This document shows positions 59,773-64,000 of a stretch of 64,000 nt of DNA, piece after piece; position 1 is the first letter of the stretch; each line of letters opens with the position of its first letter. The position numbers were made by a program, and so were the translations under genes. The notes beneath the pieces are model-generated. The model saw only the letters and a program-made list of their open reading frames with translations, was not told the origin of the DNA and made no database searches. The stretch lies in the NCBI GenBank assembly GCA_963819815.1, contig CAWFXL010000001.1:416001-480000 (forward strand). Reading direction: 5' to 3'. This stretch comes from an uncultured bacterium (lineage in GTDB: Bacteria > Babelota > Babeliae > Babelales > Babelaceae).

Positions 59773-61929
59773 CTAACGTGTCTTTCTTGCTTTTTTATCA
59801 TGATGTTCAAGAAGATCATCTCTATCATCATCTTGATCGGCGCTATTTTGAAAAACTTCATGTTGTTCTGAATGCGCCGTCTCATAATCTCTATATTCCT
59901 GAATATAACGGTCCTGTGCTTCATCTAGTCCTTCAGCAATTAATCTTCTGATCTCTTCTGTTCCTTCATCAGTTCTAAAAAAGTTTTTAATGGCTTTGGG
60001 ATCATCTTCCTCGACGATCTTCTGGGCAGTATCAATGACACGAGTAAAGAGATACTCAAGAGCAAGAGGTTTTGCTGCGGAGAGCACCGATTGCATATCG
60101 TATGCATACGTTCCTTCAGGTCTTAGGCTATTGAGTGTATTAAACAAGGCACCCAGTTGAGGTCTATTCGCGCTAGCCAAAAACATAGTGACTGCATGGT
60201 CGCATATCTCAGGAGATTGCATAAAGATTTCCTCAATAACAAGCAGAGGGATATCAATTGGCCTGAATAGTGTAAGAAGTTGTACTATTCTTTTATGGGC
60301 AATCCGCGTACATATGGTTGACTGTCTACAAAACCGGTAGCAATTCTTTATAAGATATTTTAACATAACAGGTATATCCACCACCTCACGTTCACCAACA
60401 TCCCATTCGTTATCTCTGAGAGAACCAAAAACAACTTCCATAGCTCTTTTAAAGTGGAGATCTTCTTCCCCTTGTACAGAGGGAATACCTTCTTTAGCTT
60501 TCATCAATAACTCGGTGCACGGAACAGAAAGAGAACACAGGGCAGCCTCTAGCTCAGTGTGCATAGCTATATCATCACGAGAAGCAGCATTTTCATAGGC
60601 CCCAGTACATGGTTGTGCTCCATGAGCAAGCAATGCGGCAACGCAGCGAGCACAGCCGTTGGATGCAGCTGAGAAGAGTAAGCTAGCTTCGCTTGAACAG
60701 CTCCTAACAGAAACGCCTTTTTGAAGAAGCAGTTCAACGATCGAACACATGTTATGTACTACAGCTGTATGAAGGGGACTAAACGCTACTAATTCTGAGT
60801 TTATGTCACTTCCTTTAGAAGGAGCTTCTATATGAGCTCCATGATCGATGAGAAGGCGTGCAATCTCCTCACTTCCTAATGATAGAGCATAATTAAGAGC
60901 CGTGATAGCAAGTATTATATCGCGATTATCAGCCATAAAATAAATATTTGGGTTAGCTCCTGCAGCGAGAAGCTTTTGAACCATTGCTGTATCCTTATTT
61001 TGGATTGCACGTTTCCAAGGGGGAAGGGGGTGGTAACCGTCTCGACCTTCATACAGAGTACTGGGATTTGCACCTGCCTCAAGAAGAATATCAAAACAGT
61101 CCATATGGCCCTTTGTATAGGCTATTCCAAGCGCGGTAATGTACCCATTTGGCGTTACCGCTACTTGGGCATTTGGATTTGCCCCTGCTGCGAGTAACAA
61201 TCTCACTATATCGGCCCGACCGTATTCGCATGCTGTATAGAGATATGCATCTTTTGTAACATCTGCCTTTGCCTCAAGAGCCATCTGTACACAAGTTATA
61301 TCTCCCTGCTGGATAGCCCGTTTAATAAGAAGTGCAGTGGTTGTTTTTGCACCGTCATGTTTAAGGCTCGCACCTAATCCAATAAGTTTGCGAAATATGT
61401 CGTTATCACGCTCGCTTATCGCTTTTATTAACCATTTTTGTAATGCAACAAGCGTTTCGGTCGTAATATTTGCACCTCGATTCAGAAGGGTATCCATGAT
61501 ATTCCAGGACTGGTAGGTTGCTGCTAATTCAAGAGGAGTCTTCATATGTATCCTTGCAACGCAGGCGTACCAGGGGAGTATTTTGTCAAGATCCTGAGAT
61601 GTTTCTGCGTGTTCAAGATGGGCGTCAATTTCTTTTGCAATCTTAAGAGTTTTTTTTATACCCAATTCTAAAAGAGCTTGCACACAACGTGGGCTTCCGA
61701 GCTCGAGCGCAAGATGTATCAGATTATGTCCATTAACCGTGGTTTCTGCAATAGAAGAAAGCTTTTCGCTCGCAAAGCAATCTCGAAGGAGCTCTGGATC
61801 ATCATTTCTAAGAGCCGCTAGGACTCGTTCTTCTTCGACGCCATTAATGGCTTGTTTTTCAGATACCAATGGCTGAGAAGCTTGTGTGCCAGATGCTATA
61901 CATAGTATGGCGATAATTAATTGTTTCAT
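59773..61929 (-). CDS. Secreted ankyrin repeat protein with F-box-like domain and NLS-like tail
   Basis: Signal ending TQA-S; ankyrins; LFRPIDIPLLVIEEIF; ends KKARKTR; promoter TTGACA-16 bp-TACACT at 61975-62002. Confidence 0.92.
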   Translation of the reverse strand: MKQLIIAILCIASGTQASQPLVSEKQAINGVEEERVLAALRNDDPELLRDCFASEKLSSIAETTVNGHNLIHLALELGSPRCVQALLELGIKKTLKIAKEIDAHLEHAETSQDLDKILPWYACVARIHMKTPLELAATYQSWNIMDTLLNRGANITTETLVALQKWLIKAISERDNDIFRKLIGLGASLKHDGAKTTTALLIKRAIQQGDITCVQMALEAKADVTKDAYLYTACEYGRADIVRLLLAAGANPNAQVAVTPNGYITALGIAYTKGHMDCFDILLEAGANPSTLYEGRDGYHPLPPWKRAIQNKDTAMVQKLLAAGANPNIYFMADNRDIILAITALNYALSLGSEEIARLLIDHGAHIEAPSKGSDINSELVAFSPLHTAVVHNMCSIVELLLQKGVSVRSCSSEASLLFSAASNGCARCVAALLAHGAQPCTGAYENAASRDDIAMHTELEAALCSLSVPCTELLMKAKEGIPSVQGEEDLHFKRAMEVVFGSLRDNEWDVGEREVVDIPVMLKYLIKNCYRFCRQSTICTRIAHKRIVQLLTLFRPIDIPLLVIEEIFMQSPEICDHAVTMFLASANRPQLGALFNTLNSLRPEGTYAYDMQSVLSAAKPLALEYLFTRVIDTAQKIVEEDDPKAIKNFFRTDEGTEEIRRLIAEGLDEAQDRYIQEYRDYETAHSEQHEVFQNSADQDDDRDDLLEHHDKKARKTR

Positions 61930-62360
61930 GGTGGTCCTTGATAGGGGTACTTTATCTGTGAATTACGTACTCCAAGTGTACTTATTTTTTTCAAATTGTC
62001 AAATAAAATACGAGTTTTGAATAGTTCCTGAAAGCCTCATACCAAAGATCTTGGGAGCTATATCCTGCAAACATGGTACCTATTACATTGAAGCAACCCC
62101 ACTATCGCCCATTAACTACCTCGAGAAATGAGCTACAGTATATTCTGCTGCTCCTATCCTCGCTATTGCAAACTAGCTAATATCAATGTGCCGTAGGGAG
62201 TCTGTTCACTTGCCAAGGAAGTATCAATTCGATCGATAAAACAGGTGGTTCAACAGCACCTAGATAATCGGCAATGGGCTAGAGGGGTTCTGATTGAAAT
62301 TCTTGGTGAGAAATTCATGATGAGGTATTTCTGCCTCGAAACTACTCGTACAATTCCATA

Positions 62361-62399
62361 CTGGGCTGAACAGCATTTACAAAATAGTGTTCAGCCCAG
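62361..62399. terminator. 12-bp stem hairpin just downstream of 62407-63297
   Basis: ctgggctgaaca...tgttcagcccag. Confidence 0.6.
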
Positions 62400-62406
62400 C
62401 GAATAG

Positions 62407-63297
62407 CTAAAGAAGAAGACAGGAGGAGATAGCTGGTTCTGCATTCCTTTTACGGGCCGCAGCATCTGCTTGTCTTCTTTTAATAGTAGCTGCTACTTCA
62501 GGTGCTAAAGCTTCGGGATGACTGGTATGTAATGCGAGGGTAGCATTCTCAACGTCCAATAAGGCTTTTTCTGATGTATCATATTCATTTTGTGCCCTAT
62601 TGAAATCATCTTGTGCGAGAGTTAACTTATCCGCTAGTTTCTCATGAGTATCACCCAAGTTTCTTAAATGTATCTTGAAGTCATCGATAATCTTTCGCTG
62701 GCTCGCTTGATTAGGTACAAGCAATTTAGCTACTTCTCGATGATCACGTATAATAGCTTCATCTGAATACATTGAATCTATCGATCCCTCAGACATAAGA
62801 TCTTCACTTGAGGCGTGTGATGCCTGTTGGTCTACCGGTGATTGCACATCATCATCCCATTCAAGAAGAATAACGTTTTCGTTCCGCAGCCTCTTTACTT
62901 CTTGGATCATTCTCTGAAGATCTTCTTCATGAAATACTTTGTTTCGAGAAGCTAACTCGATGGCATGTGTACTTTTGTAGAGGAGCTCGCTCACCGTATC
63001 TTTAAGCCTGGTGAGAACTTCTAGGTTGTCCCTGAGCTCATTCAGTTTGTGTAATTTTTCATCACGCTTAGCAAGGAGGTTTTTCACCGTTTGCTCAGTG
63101 ATATCTGAATGAACGTTTGACTGGGCTGCAAGAGCATTGGCATCCTCAATAATTTTAACCGTGTTTGCTAAAATATTGGTAGTGCTAGTGCTTGAACGGG
63201 AGCTTAAACTTGACGCCTGTTCTGATACATAACTAGCCTTTAGCGATACAATGCATGATAGTGCTATTAAAAGTCCCATACCATAATATATCTTCAT
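62407..63297 (-). CDS. Secreted coiled-coil protein with polybasic region and CaaX (CLLL)
   Basis: Signal ending LKA-S; heptad-rich helices; ends KRRQADAAARKRNAEPAISSCLLL*. Confidence 0.88.
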   Translation of the reverse strand: MKIYYGMGLLIALSCIVSLKASYVSEQASSLSSRSSTSTTNILANTVKIIEDANALAAQSNVHSDITEQTVKNLLAKRDEKLHKLNELRDNLEVLTRLKDTVSELLYKSTHAIELASRNKVFHEEDLQRMIQEVKRLRNENVILLEWDDDVQSPVDQQASHASSEDLMSEGSIDSMYSDEAIIRDHREVAKLLVPNQASQRKIIDDFKIHLRNLGDTHEKLADKLTLAQDDFNRAQNEYDTSEKALLDVENATLALHTSHPEALAPEVAATIKRRQADAAARKRNAEPAISSCLLL

Positions 63298-63306
63298 AAT
63301 AATTCC

Positions 63307-64000
63307 TCATGTAAGAGTTTTAGATTGCAGCTTTTGGATGAGTTCCTCATTGATCCTAAGTATCTCTTGAGCCTCAGCATGTCGTTTTTGAGCTGTCTCA
63401 ATCTCACGATTTACCGCTTCTGCTCGACTGCGATGATGCTGAGCGTCTGTTGCAAGTAAGTTTAATAAAGGAACGGTAGTTTCCATCATGTTGCAAAGCA
63501 ATCTATATTTTGTAAGAATACAAACCAGCCGAGCTCGTTCAGCATCCATGATCTGTTGAAATCTTTCATCAGCTATTTTTTCTATTTGTTCAAAATCGTC
63601 CAGAGAGTCATCAGCATCGTTATCATTAGTATCCACCAAATTCCTTGCTACGTTGCTTGATAGAGATAGTTGATAGAGAAGCCCCTGAATTTTTCTTATA
63701 TGTTCATCGTCTACGGTCACATTTGGTTCGCTTTCAAGAAGCATGGTGTGCATAATCTTGATGATACTTTGAATGGTCGCTATCCTATGCGAAGGTACCT
63801 CACCATTCTGTAACGATAGCTCATTTACTCTTGTGCTTATCTGCTCACACTCCTTGTGGAAATCATCTCGGAAGGTTGCCAGTCTTGCTAATGTTGCCTG
63901 ACAAAACAACTCCGCTTCAGTGCTTTTCTTAGCCTGAGCATTAAGGACTTGTAATTCAGCGATAAGTTTAACCGGCTTTCTACGAGCTTCCTCAATGAGG
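63307..64000 (-). CDS. Coiled-coil protein, 5'-partial
   Basis: Frame is open to the window end; helical with an acidic loop DNDADDSLDDFEQI. Confidence 0.82.
   Translation of the reverse strand, partial: LIEEARRKPVKLIAELQVLNAQAKKSTEAELFCQATLARLATFRDDFHKECEQISTRVNELSLQNGEVPSHRIATIQSIIKIMHTMLLESEPNVTVDDEHIRKIQGLLYQLSLSSNVARNLVDTNDNDADDSLDDFEQIEKIADERFQQIMDAERARLVCILTKYRLLCNMMETTVPLLNLLATDAQHHRSRAEAVNREIETAQKRHAEAQEILRINEELIQKLQSKTLT

Noticed and set aside
60358..60385. TTATGTTAAA XerD-arm-like sequence on the minus strand
   Set aside because: Inside a CDS and lacks a matching XerC arm; not called as dif
1..64000. tRNA, rRNA, CRISPR arrays, intact transposases; many short antisense ORFs in the track
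   Set aside because: No RNA genes, arrays or intact transposases recognised by eye; the short ORFs are shadows of long genes

Overview
Bacterial DNA, AT-rich, with almost no housekeeping genes. It holds about 40 mostly monocistronic genes, many with their own sigma70-like promoter. Most encode an N-terminal Sec-type signal peptide followed by eukaryote-like domains: ankyrin, WD40, Sel1/TPR, Skp1/BTB-like, F-box-like, MYND zinc finger and coiled coils. This fits an effector-rich region of an intracellular parasite of protists; Candidatus Babelota (Dependentiae/TM6) is my inference from gene content, not from a marker gene. Main candidate system: secreted single-chain Skp1-like + F-box-like + WD40 proteins that could act as cullin adaptors, alongside ankyrin/F-box-like/NLS paralogs. 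Many of these proteins carry host-type address tags (Met or Ser at +1 after the signal peptide, NLS, CaaX, LIR, tail anchors). Also present: a tandem pair of hypervariable WD40 genes bracketed by three copies of a promoter-containing ~86-bp repeat, an MsrA/MsrB fusion lacking both catalytic Cys, a tnpB 3'-end/omegaRNA-like remnant, and several gene remnants. All domain calls are by-eye motif recognition; no searches were run.
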